A program made the translations under genes and the position numbers. A stretch of 64,000 bases of DNA from IMG/VR virus record IMGVR_UViG_3300049460_000157, positions 10,741 to 74,740 of that record. The stretch is one strand, 5' to 3'. Shown piece after piece: positions 43,731 to 53,791 of the stretch. The notes beneath the pieces were generated by a model. The model ran no database searches, was not told the origin of the DNA, and saw nothing but the letters and a program-made list of their open reading frames with translations. Each line of letters opens with the position of its first letter. The first letter of the stretch is position 1. The stretch is from a virus.

Positions 43731-46400
43731 ATGCGTTACCACTTTTACGCCCAGCAGCCCGAGTATCCGGTGTGCCTGCTCGTGGGCCAGATCCGCAAGG
43801 ACGAGATCCGCAAGGCGTATTTCACCGAGTCCGGTGTCGATGCCGAGGACGTGCTGGTGCTCGACCTGCACTACGCCGAGGGCAAGAAGAAGACGCCGGC
43901 CGCGGAGATGAAGGCCTATATCACCGAGCAGCTGCAGGAAGTGCTCGATGACCACAAGGTGCAGTACATCATGTGCACCGACAGCGGCTACTTCAAGACG
44001 CTCACCGGCGCCACGAACGTGGATGCCAGCCTCGGCTACGTGCTCGACTCGAAGTTCGGTTCGCAGAAGGTGGTCTATGCGCCCTCCTACCGGATGATCT
44101 TTCATGATCCGGCCGGTGTGAAGACGAAGATCACCCGTGCGATCGAGGCGGTCATTGCACACGCCACCCAGCAGTACCGGGATCCCGGCCACGGCATCAT
44201 CCGGTTTGCAGAGTATCCGCAGACCGATGACGAGATCGAGGCCTGGCTCGAGAAGCTGCTTGAGATGGATGTGCCGCTCACCAGCGACATCGAGGCGTTC
44301 AGCCTGAAGCACTACGACGCCGGCATCGGCACCATCTCGTTTGCCTGGAACCAGCACGAAGGGATTGCCTTCCCGGTCGACTACGTGCCGATCGAAGGCG
44401 CCACCGAGGCACCTTTCGGGATCCAGGTAAGGAATGAGCGTCGCCGGGAACTGCTGCGCTCGTTCTTCACCCGGCTCACGCAGAAGGCGATCTATCACAA
44501 CATCGCCTTCGACGTGTATGTGCTGATCTATCAGCTGTTCATGGAGCACATCTGCGACACCGAAGGGCTGCTGCACGGCCTGGAAGTGATGCTGCCCAAG
44601 GGGAACTGGGACTGCACGAAACTGATCACCTACCTGGCGACCAACTCGTGCGCCGGCAATGAGCTGGGCCTGAAGGCACAGGCTCAGGAATTCGCCGGCA
44701 ACTACGCGCAGACGGAGATCAACGACATCACCAAGATCCCGCTGCCGGTACTGCTCGAATACAACCTGATCGACTCCCTGTCGACCTGGCATGTACACAC
44801 CAAGCACTATTCCACGATGGTGGCCGACCACCAGTTAGGTGTCTACCAGACACTTTTCCAGCCGGCCACCGTGGACATTGTGCAGATGCAGCTCACCGGC
44901 ATGCCGGTGAACATGCGTCGGGTGCTGGAAGTCGAGAAGATCCTGCAGGCCGCGTTCGACAAGGCCGAGGCCGACATCATGGCGTCGGCCGCGGTGCAGC
45001 GCTACAGCTACCGGCTGGCCGAGAAGTACGCGGCCAAGATGAACAGCAAGTGGAAGGTGAAACGGATCACCGTGGCCGAGGTGGAGGACGAGGACCGGAC
45101 ATTCAATCCCCGATCGGCTCCGCAGCTCCAGGATCTGCTCTTTACGTTCCTGGGTCTGCCGGTGCTGTCTCTCACCGACTCCAAGCTGCCGTCCACCGAT
45201 GGGGACACCATCGAGGCGCTGATCAATCACACGGGCGACGCCTATGTGAAGGAGTTCCTGTCGGCGCTGCTCGAATACAAGGCAGTCGAGAAGATCCTCG
45301 GCACCTTCATCAAGGCGCTGAAAAACGCCCAGATGGGTCCGGATGGCTGGTACTACCTGTTCGGCAACTTCAATCTGGGCGGCACGCTGTCCGGCCGGCT
45401 CAGTTCGAACGACCCGAATCTGCAGAACCTGCCGGCCAATGCGTCGATGGCGGTGAGCGCTGCGCTGCTGGCACTCTTTGGCGACGCCATCCTGCCGTAT
45501 ATCGTCAAGGGCAAGCTGATGCTGGGCAAGCTCGTGAAGAGCTGCTTCGAGGCGCCACCGGGCTGGTTGTTCTGTGGTCTGGACTTCGCATCACTGGAAG
45601 ACCGGATCTCGGCGCTGACCACGAAGGATCCAAACAAGCTGAAGGTCTACACCGATGGCTATGACGGCCACTGCCTGCGCTCGTTCAGCTATTTCGGTGA
45701 GGATATGCCGGACATCGTGGATACGGTGCCCAGCATCAACTCCATCGAGACGAAGTACAAAACGTTCCGGCAGGACTCCAAGGCGCCGACCTTCGCCCTG
45801 ACCTATCAGGGCACCTGGAAGACGCTGATGACGAACTGTGGTTTCTCGGAGGAGAAAGCCAAAAAGATCGAAGCCCGCTATCACGAACTCTACAAGGTGA
45901 GTGATGACTGGGTGGCAGCCAAGCTCGATCAGGCCAGCAAGGATGGCTACGTCACCGTGGCATTCGGCCTGAGAGTCCGGACACCGCTCCTTCATCAGGT
46001 GATCCGGGGTAACTCCCGCACACCTCACCAGGCTGAAGCTGAAGGTCGATCGGCTGGCAATGCATTGGGCCAGAGTTACTGTCTGCTGAACTCCCGTGCA
46101 AGCGTGGAATTCATGGGCAAAGTCCGCAAGAGTGAGTACTCAACCGCCATTCGACCGTGCGCGCATATCCATGACGCCCAGTATTACCTCGTCAGGGAAG
46201 ACCCAAAGCCTGTTCTGTACACCAATGAACACCTGGTGAAGGCGGTTCAATGGCAGGACGACCCAGCCATCGCGCACCCTGACGTGAAGCTCGGCGGCGA
46301 ACTGTCGATCTTCTTCCCGTCCTGGGAAAACGAAATCGGCATCCCCAACGGTGCCACCGAGGCGGAGCTGTTCGACCTCGTCGAAGCCGCCATGGCCTAG
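43731..46400 (+). CDS. DNA polymerase, family A (N4 gp39-like)
   Basis: Exo DIEAF / HNIAFD, TLSGRLSSNDPNLQN, DFASLEDR, RQDSKAPTFALTYQG, IHDAQY. Confidence 0.95.
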   Translation: MRYHFYAQQPEYPVCLLVGQIRKDEIRKAYFTESGVDAEDVLVLDLHYAEGKKKTPAAEMKAYITEQLQEVLDDHKVQYIMCTDSGYFKTLTGATNVDASLGYVLDSKFGSQKVVYAPSYRMIFHDPAGVKTKITRAIEAVIAHATQQYRDPGHGIIRFAEYPQTDDEIEAWLEKLLEMDVPLTSDIEAFSLKHYDAGIGTISFAWNQHEGIAFPVDYVPIEGATEAPFGIQVRNERRRELLRSFFTRLTQKAIYHNIAFDVYVLIYQLFMEHICDTEGLLHGLEVMLPKGNWDCTKLITYLATNSCAGNELGLKAQAQEFAGNYAQTEINDITKIPLPVLLEYNLIDSLSTWHVHTKHYSTMVADHQLGVYQTLFQPATVDIVQMQLTGMPVNMRRVLEVEKILQAAFDKAEADIMASAAVQRYSYRLAEKYAAKMNSKWKVKRITVAEVEDEDRTFNPRSAPQLQDLLFTFLGLPVLSLTDSKLPSTDGDTIEALINHTGDAYVKEFLSALLEYKAVEKILGTFIKALKNAQMGPDGWYYLFGNFNLGGTLSGRLSSNDPNLQNLPANASMAVSAALLALFGDAILPYIVKGKLMLGKLVKSCFEAPPGWLFCGLDFASLEDRISALTTKDPNKLKVYTDGYDGHCLRSFSYFGEDMPDIVDTVPSINSIETKYKTFRQDSKAPTFALTYQGTWKTLMTNCGFSEEKAKKIEARYHELYKVSDDWVAAKLDQASKDGYVTVAFGLRVRTPLLHQVIRGNSRTPHQAEAEGRSAGNALGQSYCLLNSRASVEFMGKVRKSEYSTAIRPCAHIHDAQYYLVREDPKPVLYTNEHLVKAVQWQDDPAIAHPDVKLGGELSIFFPSWENEIGIPNGATEAELFDLVEAAMA

Positions 46401-46509
46401 AGTTATCTTTGGTTTTGGTGGTTTGGTGGTACCCACTTTAAATCCTGCTTGAGAAGGCCTAGACACACCGGGCTTTCACAAGTACCATCCGTTTTTAGAT
46501 ATAACTTTG

Positions 46510-46541
46510 TGGGGAAACAGACATTCTGTTTCCCCATTCTT
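46510..46541 (+). terminator. terminator-like hairpin after the DNA polymerase gene
   Basis: TGGGGAAACAGA-CAT-TCTGTTTCCCCA-TTCTT perfect 12-bp stem. Confidence 0.7.
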
Positions 46542-46561
46542 CCCTCTGCGGAGACAAGGCA

Positions 46562-46981
46562 ATGAAACAGACCCCCAATGCGGCAGGCCGCAAATTCCAT
46601 TTCATGGTGGCTGCCCAGATCGTGTTCTCGATGCCGGCTGATGACGGCGGACTCGCCATCAACACCGCGAACATCAACGGCGTCGTGACCCACGACAAGG
46701 ACACGATCCCGACCCATCTGCTCGGTCAGGCCCAGAAAGTTGCACAGATGCAGCTCTTCAAGCGCCTGGGTGACGAAGCGACGAAGGTCAACGTCATCGA
46801 CGTGGTGATCACGAACCTGATGAACCTGGGCTACATGACGGAAGCCGAGTTCAACGCGGCACCGGACGGCCAGAAGCAGCAGGAGATCCCGAAGGCGGCC
46901 GCCGCTCACCTGCGTGTTGTCGGTGGTGGTGAAGAGGTGGTCGACCCCTTCGCCGTGGTCGGCAAGGCGACGGTGCAGTAA
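46562..46981 (+). CDS. conserved N4-like protein (gp40-type)
   Basis: LGQAQ..AQ...DVVI...NLGYMTEAEF motif; synteny. Confidence 0.65.
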   Translation: MKQTPNAAGRKFHFMVAAQIVFSMPADDGGLAINTANINGVVTHDKDTIPTHLLGQAQKVAQMQLFKRLGDEATKVNVIDVVITNLMNLGYMTEAEFNAAPDGQKQQEIPKAAAAHLRVVGGGEEVVDPFAVVGKATVQ

Positions 46982-47562
46982 TGGGGACGCTCGGCCTCAA
47001 TGAGCAGATCGCCGCTGAATCTGCCAGCAAACTCACTGGCGGCCGGGTGAACTACTACCTGGCCCAGGTCGACCATCCCCAGCGTGAAGAGCAGCCGGCC
47101 TACCAGGCGGAGTGCGAGGACATCATCTCCACACTCGGCATGACCTTCGACGAAGCCTGTGAATTCAAGGCGATCTGGCGCACTGCTGCTGCCCGTCTGG
47201 GCAATGGCAAGCCGGGCCGCAGCCAGCTCGATCAGGCGATCTACGACGCGGAGAAGCGTGTTCACTACGCAACTCGCAGCCTGAAAGCCCTGCAGCATGC
47301 GCGGGATGACGCCGCAGTGGTTGATGCCGCGCAGGACATGCTGGGACAGAAACCCGAGAAGAATCTGGAAGTGAAAACGTGGTGGGACTGGCCCGGCAGT
47401 CAATCCGGCGGCGGCCCGGCACCTTCGGATCTTTACGTCGAGATCAAACGGCGTGATGGCAACACAGCCATAGGCCGGGTACGCAGTTTCAACTGGTCTC
47501 ACCTCGGTACTGTCGTTGCAGCTGCCTCCGACATCGTTGGCTGGCGACACGCTGACCAGTAA
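46981..47562 (+). CDS. conserved phage protein
   Basis: LTGG.VNYY...Y.AEC.DII..LGMTF.E...FKAIWR...YDAEK.VHY motif plus C-terminal DIVGWR module. Confidence 0.7.
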   Translation: MGTLGLNEQIAAESASKLTGGRVNYYLAQVDHPQREEQPAYQAECEDIISTLGMTFDEACEFKAIWRTAAARLGNGKPGRSQLDQAIYDAEKRVHYATRSLKALQHARDDAAVVDAAQDMLGQKPEKNLEVKTWWDWPGSQSGGGPAPSDLYVEIKRRDGNTAIGRVRSFNWSHLGTVVAAASDIVGWRHADQ

Positions 47563-47627
47563 CTGAGCGGGTTACTGATCCTTTCCCTGGTTCCAGCAAC
47601 CCCCATTCACTCCTGGCACTCCTCATC

Positions 47628-48605
47628 ATGAAAGTCACGAACAACAGCGATATCTCGCTCGCACTGGCCGTGTGGATCCTCCACGACGAGTACGACTACG
47701 TCAACGACGCAAATTACATCAGCGCAACGAAGCTGATGCGGCCGATCCGCCACCTCGTTCTGCCCGACCGGATTCCGGCTGCCCAGCGTCAGGCACCGGA
47801 CGTGGACGAGTTTATCGCCTCGGCGCTGGGCAAGTCCCTGCACGACTCGATCGAAAAGGCCTGGACGCATGGGTATGCCCGTGCGCTCAAGCTGATGGGC
47901 TATCCGGACGATGTCATTGCACACGTCCGCATCAACCCGGAGAAGCCGGAGCCAGGGACGATACCGATCTACCTCGAGCAGCGTGCGAAGCGCGAAGTCG
48001 TGGTCAATGGTGTCACGTACATCGTCGGCGGCAAGTACGACATGGTGATGGAAGGCATCGTGATGGACAACAAGTCCACCACGTCCTACACCTGGCTGTA
48101 CGGCGGCAAGGACGGTGATTACCGTCTGCAGGGTTCGATCTACAAGTGGCTGAACCCGGACAAGATCACCGAGGACTTCATCCGGATCAACTTCATCTTC
48201 ACCGACTGGTCGGCAATGGCTGCCCGGCAGAACCCGGCCTATCCGCAGAAGCGCGTCCAGCACAAGGACATCCCGCTGCTGTCGGTCGAGGAAACGGAGC
48301 AGTGGATCAAGTGGAAGCTGACCCAGGTGCAGAAGTATTCGAACGCGCCTGAGAACCAGATCCCGGAATGTACGGATGAAGAGCTCTGGCGCTCGGACCC
48401 GAAGTTCAAGTATTACGCCGACCCTACCAAGACGGCTGGCAAGTCCACCAAGAACTTTGACACGCTCGTTGAAGCGAATCAGTTCTGGCGTGTCGACAAG
48501 GCCGGCAAGGGCATCGTCATCACCGTGCCGGGCGAAGTGAAGCGTTGCGGTTACTGCGACGCTTACGACGCCTGCACCCAGAAGAACAGGTATCTCACAC
48601 CATGA
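47628..48605 (+). CDS. PD-(D/E)XK nuclease, Cas4/RecB-like (N4 gp42-like)
   Basis: ISATKL, G.SLHDSIE, EQR, GKYD...DNKST, LQGSIY, C.YC...C. Confidence 0.85.
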   Translation: MKVTNNSDISLALAVWILHDEYDYVNDANYISATKLMRPIRHLVLPDRIPAAQRQAPDVDEFIASALGKSLHDSIEKAWTHGYARALKLMGYPDDVIAHVRINPEKPEPGTIPIYLEQRAKREVVVNGVTYIVGGKYDMVMEGIVMDNKSTTSYTWLYGGKDGDYRLQGSIYKWLNPDKITEDFIRINFIFTDWSAMAARQNPAYPQKRVQHKDIPLLSVEETEQWIKWKLTQVQKYSNAPENQIPECTDEELWRSDPKFKYYADPTKTAGKSTKNFDTLVEANQFWRVDKAGKGIVITVPGEVKRCGYCDAYDACTQKNRYLTP

Positions 48606-50767
48606 TTGATCTCACCGGGGTAACCCACCATCCGGCAGTCGAAGAGATTGTCGATGTGCTCTGCAATAAAACGCAGAACACCGATCGCGGATTCTTCCGC
48701 GTCGAAGCCGCCTATTTCCTCGGAAAAATGGCGAGCAACATGCGTGCCCTCGTCGTCACGCAGGACCGCGGCGAAATCCCGGTGAACATCTACGCACTGG
48801 CACTGGCCTCTTCCGGCTACGGCAAGGGCCACTCGGTCCATGTGTTCGAACAGGAATTCATGAAGGGCTTTCGCAAGCGCTTCATGGAAGACACGTTGCC
48901 AGTGGTGGCCGAGAAGCACCTGAACGAGATGGCCAACCATCGCGCCGGCAAGAACGGCACGGATCCAGCGGAGGAATTCGAAGCTCTGCAGGGCGAGTTC
49001 AAGCGGGCCGGCGCCTTCCCGTTCACGTTCGACAGTGGCACGCCTCCGGCTGTGAAGCAGCTACGCCAGAAGCTGCTGCTGGCGAACTGTGGCTCGATCA
49101 ACCTGCAGATCGATGAGATCGGCTCGAACCTGATCAGCAACATCGACGTGCTGAACCTGTTCCTGGAGCTGTACGACCAGGGCATCGTCAAGCAGAAGCT
49201 CACGAAGAACACGGTCGAGAACACCCGTGGCGAGGAAGTGGACGGCAAGACGCCCACCAACATGCTGCTGTTCGGCACGCCTTCGAAGCTGCTCGACGGC
49301 GGCCAGACCGAGAACGAGTTCTACTCGTTCCTGGAAACGGGTTACGCACGGCGCTGCCTGTTCGGCTGGGGCCAGCAGGACCGCAGGGCTTCGCACACCA
49401 TGTCGGCCGAGGAGATCTACAAGCGCCTCACGCAGCCGACGAACAATGTCGTGGTGCAGCGCTGGGCGGCGCACTTCCACAAGCTGGCCGACCCGGCCAT
49501 GTTCGGCTGGAAGATGACCGTCGAAGAGCCGGTGGCGATCGCCCTGCTGCAGTACAAGATCCACTGCGAGCAGCTGGCCGAGGCCATGGCCGAGCACGAG
49601 GAGATCAAGAAGGCCGAGCTCGGTCACCGCTACTTCAAGGCGCTCAAGCTCGCCGGTGCGTTTGCATTCACCGACGAGAGCAACGAAGTCGAGATGGAGC
49701 ATCTGAAGCAGGCCATCCTGCTGGTCGAGGAAAGCGGCACGGCATTCCAGGCGATTCTCAACCGGGAAAAGGCCTACGTGAAGCTGGCGAAGTACATCGC
49801 CACCTGTGGCCAGGACGTGACCCATGCGGACCTGATGGAGGCGCTGCCGTTCTACAAGTCCGGCAACGCCGCACGCAACGAGATGATGACGCTGGCCACC
49901 GCCTGGGGCTACAAGAAGCACATCGTGGTCAAGAAGTTCTACGTCGACAACATCGAGTTCTTCAAAGGTGAGACTTTGCAGGAGACGAATCTCGACGAGA
50001 TCACGGTCTCGTACGGCGAGCACTGGGCCTACAACTACGTGAGTGAGAAGGTGCCGTTCAGCCAGCTCCACCAGCTCACGCAGGCGGCGCAGGACGATGG
50101 CCAGCCCATGCACTGGGTCAACCACAACCTGAAGAACGGCCACCGTGCCGAGGAGAACGTGTTCCCCGGCTTCAACCTCGTCGCCATCGACGTGGATGGA
50201 GGCGTGTCGCTCGCCACCGTGCACGAGCTGCTAAAGGAATACAAGTTCCTGACGTACACGACCAAGCGCCACACCGATGAGGAAAACCGCTTCCGGCTGC
50301 TGCTGCCGATCAACTACGTCCTGGAACTGGATTCCGATGAGTACAAGGAATTCATGAACAACATCATGGAGTGGCTGCCGTTCAAGACGGATGAGTCGGC
50401 TAACCAGCGCTCCAAGAAGTGGGAGACCTTTGCTGGCGGCAAGTTCCACTACAGCACCGAGGGCGAGATCCTCGATGCGCTGCGGTTCATCCCGAAGACA
50501 TCGAAGAACGAGCAGTACCGCACCGAGATGAAGAAGGTGGAGTCGCTCGACAACCTGGAACGCTGGTTCGTGCAGCGCATGGTCACAGGTAGCCGCAACA
50601 ACCAGATGATCAAGTATGCGCTCGCTCTGGTCGACTCGGGCATGGACCTGATGTCGGTCAGCAAGCAGGTGCATGCGTTCAACGGCAAGCTGAACAATCC
50701 CCTCTCCGAGGAGGAGATCAACAGCACGATCATGACCACGGTGGCCAAGCGCTTCCAGAAACAGTAA
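48602..50767 (+). CDS. DNA primase / Dns-like replication protein (N4 gp43-like)
   Basis: SGYGKG, DEIGSNL, GYARRC, IDVDG, YTTKRH...RFR, C-terminal PriCT-like GSRNNQM. Confidence 0.88.
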   Translation: MIDLTGVTHHPAVEEIVDVLCNKTQNTDRGFFRVEAAYFLGKMASNMRALVVTQDRGEIPVNIYALALASSGYGKGHSVHVFEQEFMKGFRKRFMEDTLPVVAEKHLNEMANHRAGKNGTDPAEEFEALQGEFKRAGAFPFTFDSGTPPAVKQLRQKLLLANCGSINLQIDEIGSNLISNIDVLNLFLELYDQGIVKQKLTKNTVENTRGEEVDGKTPTNMLLFGTPSKLLDGGQTENEFYSFLETGYARRCLFGWGQQDRRASHTMSAEEIYKRLTQPTNNVVVQRWAAHFHKLADPAMFGWKMTVEEPVAIALLQYKIHCEQLAEAMAEHEEIKKAELGHRYFKALKLAGAFAFTDESNEVEMEHLKQAILLVEESGTAFQAILNREKAYVKLAKYIATCGQDVTHADLMEALPFYKSGNAARNEMMTLATAWGYKKHIVVKKFYVDNIEFFKGETLQETNLDEITVSYGEHWAYNYVSEKVPFSQLHQLTQAAQDDGQPMHWVNHNLKNGHRAEENVFPGFNLVAIDVDGGVSLATVHELLKEYKFLTYTTKRHTDEENRFRLLLPINYVLELDSDEYKEFMNNIMEWLPFKTDESANQRSKKWETFAGGKFHYSTEGEILDALRFIPKTSKNEQYRTEMKKVESLDNLERWFVQRMVTGSRNNQMIKYALALVDSGMDLMSVSKQVHAFNGKLNNPLSEEEINSTIMTTVAKRFQKQ

Positions 50768-50821
50768 GCCTTTCCTTGGCTCAGTCACATCGAGCCAGGG
50801 GGAGAGATAAGGAGAACTCAC

Positions 50822-51592
50822 ATGAGTGAAGTATTGGAAGTCCAGGGAACCGACGTGAGTGCGGCCAATGATCAGCTGATCATGATCTGCGGTTTCTCTG
50901 GCGAGGGAAAGAGCGCAAGCCTGCGCCATATCCGCAACCAGCAGAACTGGATGTACCTGAACTGCGAAGCCGGCAAGCGCCTGCCGTTTGCCAACAAGTT
51001 CGACCGCTACACCATCACCGATCCGTACCAGGTGCATGAAGCGTTCGATGCAGCCACACAGGGCCAGCTCGACTACGTATGCGAAGGGATCGTCATCGAC
51101 TCGGGCACGTTCCTGATGGAGATGTTCGAGACCATGTACGTGCTCGGTTCAGCCGACACCATGAAAGGCTGGAGCCAGTACCAGCAGTTCTGGAAGACGC
51201 TGATGCAGCAGAAGGTAGCGGCATTTGGCAAACCGGTGCTGATCACCGCTCACCTGCTCGACGTGCTCGATGAAAAGAGCATGTCCATGAAAACCAGTGT
51301 CCCTGTGAAAGGTGCACTGAAGAACAACGGTCTGGAAGCCTACTTCTCGACAGTTGTCAGTGCCACGAAGGTTCCTCTCAAGGAGCTGGAGAAGTTCGGC
51401 AACAAGATGCTGGATATCACGGAAGACGAGAAGGAGCTTGGCTTCAAACACGTCTTCCAGACCCGCATCACGAAGCAGACCACCGGCATGCGCCTGCGCA
51501 GTCCGATGGGCATGTTCAAGCGCGAAGAGACCTACATCGACAACGATGCCCAGAAGCTGCTTGATCACCTGAACGAGTTCTACGACATCTGA
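50822..51592 (+). CDS. Sak4-like AAA protein (N4 gp44-like)
   Basis: GFSGEGKSASL, LNCEAGKRLPF, VKGALKNNGLEAYFS, RSPMGMF. Confidence 0.85.
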   Translation: MSEVLEVQGTDVSAANDQLIMICGFSGEGKSASLRHIRNQQNWMYLNCEAGKRLPFANKFDRYTITDPYQVHEAFDAATQGQLDYVCEGIVIDSGTFLMEMFETMYVLGSADTMKGWSQYQQFWKTLMQQKVAAFGKPVLITAHLLDVLDEKSMSMKTSVPVKGALKNNGLEAYFSTVVSATKVPLKELEKFGNKMLDITEDEKELGFKHVFQTRITKQTTGMRLRSPMGMFKREETYIDNDAQKLLDHLNEFYDI

Positions 51593-51656
51593 TCGGTCAA
51601 CCCCCGTCAAGAAAACATAGACCTCACGTCAACACATCACTGAAAGAGAAAACATC

Positions 51657-52421
51657 ATGAGCTTGTTTGGAAACCTGAAAAGCGAAGGCCTGGAACAATC
51701 CGAAGACCGCCTGGGTGGCAACTTCGGCCCGGTCGAATCGGACATCTACAAGGCGGTGATCAAGGCGGCCTACGCCGGCCAGGCAGCGAGCGGTGCACGC
51801 TCGGTGTCATTCATCTTCGATCTCGGCGGCCGCGAGTTCCGCCCGACGATCTACATCACCAACAAGAAGGGCGAAAACTACTTCATCAACAAGGACGACA
51901 AGACGAAGAAGGTACCGCTGCCGGGCTTCACGACCGTCGACGATATCTGCCTGGTCGCCACCGGCAAGCCGCTCGCTGAGCAGGACGCCGAGGACAAGGT
52001 CATCAAGCTGTACGACCCGGAGCTGAAGAAGGAAGCGCCGAAGTCGGTGCCGATGCTCATCGAGCTGGTCGGCAAGGAAGTGTCGCTCGCCGTGCTGAAG
52101 CTGCTGGTGAACAAGAACGTGAAGAACGACGCCACCGGCGAGTACGAGCCGACTTCGGAAACGCGTGAAGAAAACAACATCGAGAAGGTGTTCGACACCG
52201 ACTCGAAGATGACCGTCAACGAAGCCCGCCAGGGTGCCGAGACGGCTGCCTTCTGGGACGGCTGGCTCGAGCGCAACAAGGGCAAGACGCGTGACAAGCG
52301 CACGCTGAAGGACGGCGAAACGGGCAACGTTGGCGCACCGAAGGCTGCGCGTCCGGCTGGTGCTGCCCCGCAGGCGGCCAACACCGAACGCAAGTCGCTG
52401 TTCGGCAAGAAGGCCGCGTAA
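51657..52421 (+). CDS. ssb: single-stranded DNA-binding protein / late-transcription activator (N4 gp45-like)
   Basis: EDRLGG...ESDIY, LPGF, C-terminal RKSLFG; synteny. Confidence 0.85.
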   Translation: MSLFGNLKSEGLEQSEDRLGGNFGPVESDIYKAVIKAAYAGQAASGARSVSFIFDLGGREFRPTIYITNKKGENYFINKDDKTKKVPLPGFTTVDDICLVATGKPLAEQDAEDKVIKLYDPELKKEAPKSVPMLIELVGKEVSLAVLKLLVNKNVKNDATGEYEPTSETREENNIEKVFDTDSKMTVNEARQGAETAAFWDGWLERNKGKTRDKRTLKDGETGNVGAPKAARPAGAAPQAANTERKSLFGKKAA

Positions 52422-52434
52422 GGCGAGGCCGATC

Positions 52435-53013
52435 TTGCGAATCCAAGTCGCAGGCATGGACCCCAGTATGCGTAACTGGGGCTGTGCCGAAGCCTCTCTC
52501 GATCTGGACTCTGGCGTGCTGTCGGTCCCTGTTCTGTCCCTGGCTCAGCCGGAGGACATCAAGACCAAGCAGACTCGCCAGAACTCCAACGACATGTACC
52601 TCGCCAAGGTGCTCTATGAGCACGCCCTCACCGTCGCTCGACGGAGCAAGGTCATCTTTGTGGAGGTGCCAGTGGGTTCCCAGTCTGCGTCCGGTATGAA
52701 AGCGTACGGAATGTGCGTCGGTATACTGGGTGCACTACGGGCAGAAGGGCACGAGATCATCGAGGTCACCGCGACTGAAGTGAAGAAGTTTTTCACTGGA
52801 GACCCCAACGCTTCCAAAAAGCAGATGATTGCCCAGGGAGTGCAGGACTATCCCACGGCGAACTGGCCTCGATACGAAAAGAACGGCGCGACCTTCAGGA
52901 AGGGTGACATCTCCAACGATGCCGAGCACGTTGCCGATGCCATCGCCGCAATACACGCCGGAGTTAACACTCCGATGTTCCAGAATCTAATGCGACTCTT
53001 CGCAAACCTTTAG
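52435..53013 (+). CDS. RuvC-like Holliday junction resolvase
   Basis: GMDPSMRNWG, FVEVPVGSQSA, ASKKQMI, EHVADAIAA; TTG start inferred. Confidence 0.85.
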   Translation: MRIQVAGMDPSMRNWGCAEASLDLDSGVLSVPVLSLAQPEDIKTKQTRQNSNDMYLAKVLYEHALTVARRSKVIFVEVPVGSQSASGMKAYGMCVGILGALRAEGHEIIEVTATEVKKFFTGDPNASKKQMIAQGVQDYPTANWPRYEKNGATFRKGDISNDAEHVADAIAAIHAGVNTPMFQNLMRLFANL

Positions 53014-53022
53014 GAAAAGAGC

Positions 53023-53532
53023 ATGCAAATCATTATCGTTCAGGCTGAGATCGAAGCTGCGATCCGCAACTACATCAACAATCAGCTCCAGGTAAAGGAC
53101 GGTCACCGTATCGACATCGAGCTGTCGGCCACCCGTGGCGCCGATGGTTTCAAGGCGACCATCGACATCGTGGCAGCGAACGCCCCGAGCCTGCCGAAGG
53201 GTTCACCGGAAGTCGATGCTGCACCGGCCCCGGCTCCTGCACCGACGCCCTCGCCGGCGAAAGCGGAAGTTGCCGTGGTGCGCTCCGTGATCTCGAGCCC
53301 GGCACCTGCCCCGAAGCCGGAGCCGGCCGCAAAGGACCCGGAAGCCGCCCAGGCACTGTCGACCGATGGTGCAGCTGCCGAAGCTGGTGCTGCGTCGAAT
53401 GCTTCGGCTGAGACGGCCCAGGAAGGCGCTGCTGACGCTGGAGCCAAGCAGGATGGAGCTCCGGTCGTCGAAGCTGAAGCGAAGCCGGCACGCAGCCTGT
53501 TCGCTGGTCTGAAGAAGCCGGTTAACGCGTAA
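53023..53532 (+). CDS. conserved N4-like protein with Pro/Ala-rich tail
   Basis: MQIII.Q.EIE.AI..YI N-domain and RSLFAGL C-terminus. Confidence 0.75.
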   Translation: MQIIIVQAEIEAAIRNYINNQLQVKDGHRIDIELSATRGADGFKATIDIVAANAPSLPKGSPEVDAAPAPAPAPTPSPAKAEVAVVRSVISSPAPAPKPEPAAKDPEAAQALSTDGAAAEAGAASNASAETAQEGAADAGAKQDGAPVVEAEAKPARSLFAGLKKPVNA

Positions 53533-53738
53533 TGAAGGCGTCCGGGTTCCTCATCGTAGGGATCCTGATTGTGGCGATGATCCTGACCATCACGGCCATG
53601 CTCATCGCCGCAGCGCCCTACATTGCCGTCGTGGTCGTGCTGGCCGCCCTGGCGTGGCTGGCTGAGAAGGCACCGGAGCCAAAGGAGAAGAAGTCCCCTC
53701 CCCGATGGCCACCGGACCCGAATGACTTCCGGAAGTAA
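53532..53738 (+). CDS. small membrane protein
   Basis: About 40-residue hydrophobic stretch; TAATG coupling. Confidence 0.65.
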   Translation: MKASGFLIVGILIVAMILTITAMLIAAAPYIAVVVVLAALAWLAEKAPEPKEKKSPPRWPPDPNDFRK

Positions 53739-53741
53739 ACA

Positions 53742-53775
53742 GAAAAACCCCCGAGATGTTCTTCGGGGGTTTTTC
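53742..53775. terminator. bidirectional terminator between convergent middle and late blocks
   Basis: GAAAAACCCCCGA / TCGGGGGTTTTTC. Confidence 0.88.
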
Positions 53776-53791
53776 ATTTGAGAGCGGACGC

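Noticed and set aside
47628-48605. Cas4-like nuclease as evidence of a CRISPR system
   Set aside because: It is the conserved N4 replication-module nuclease; no array or other cas genes
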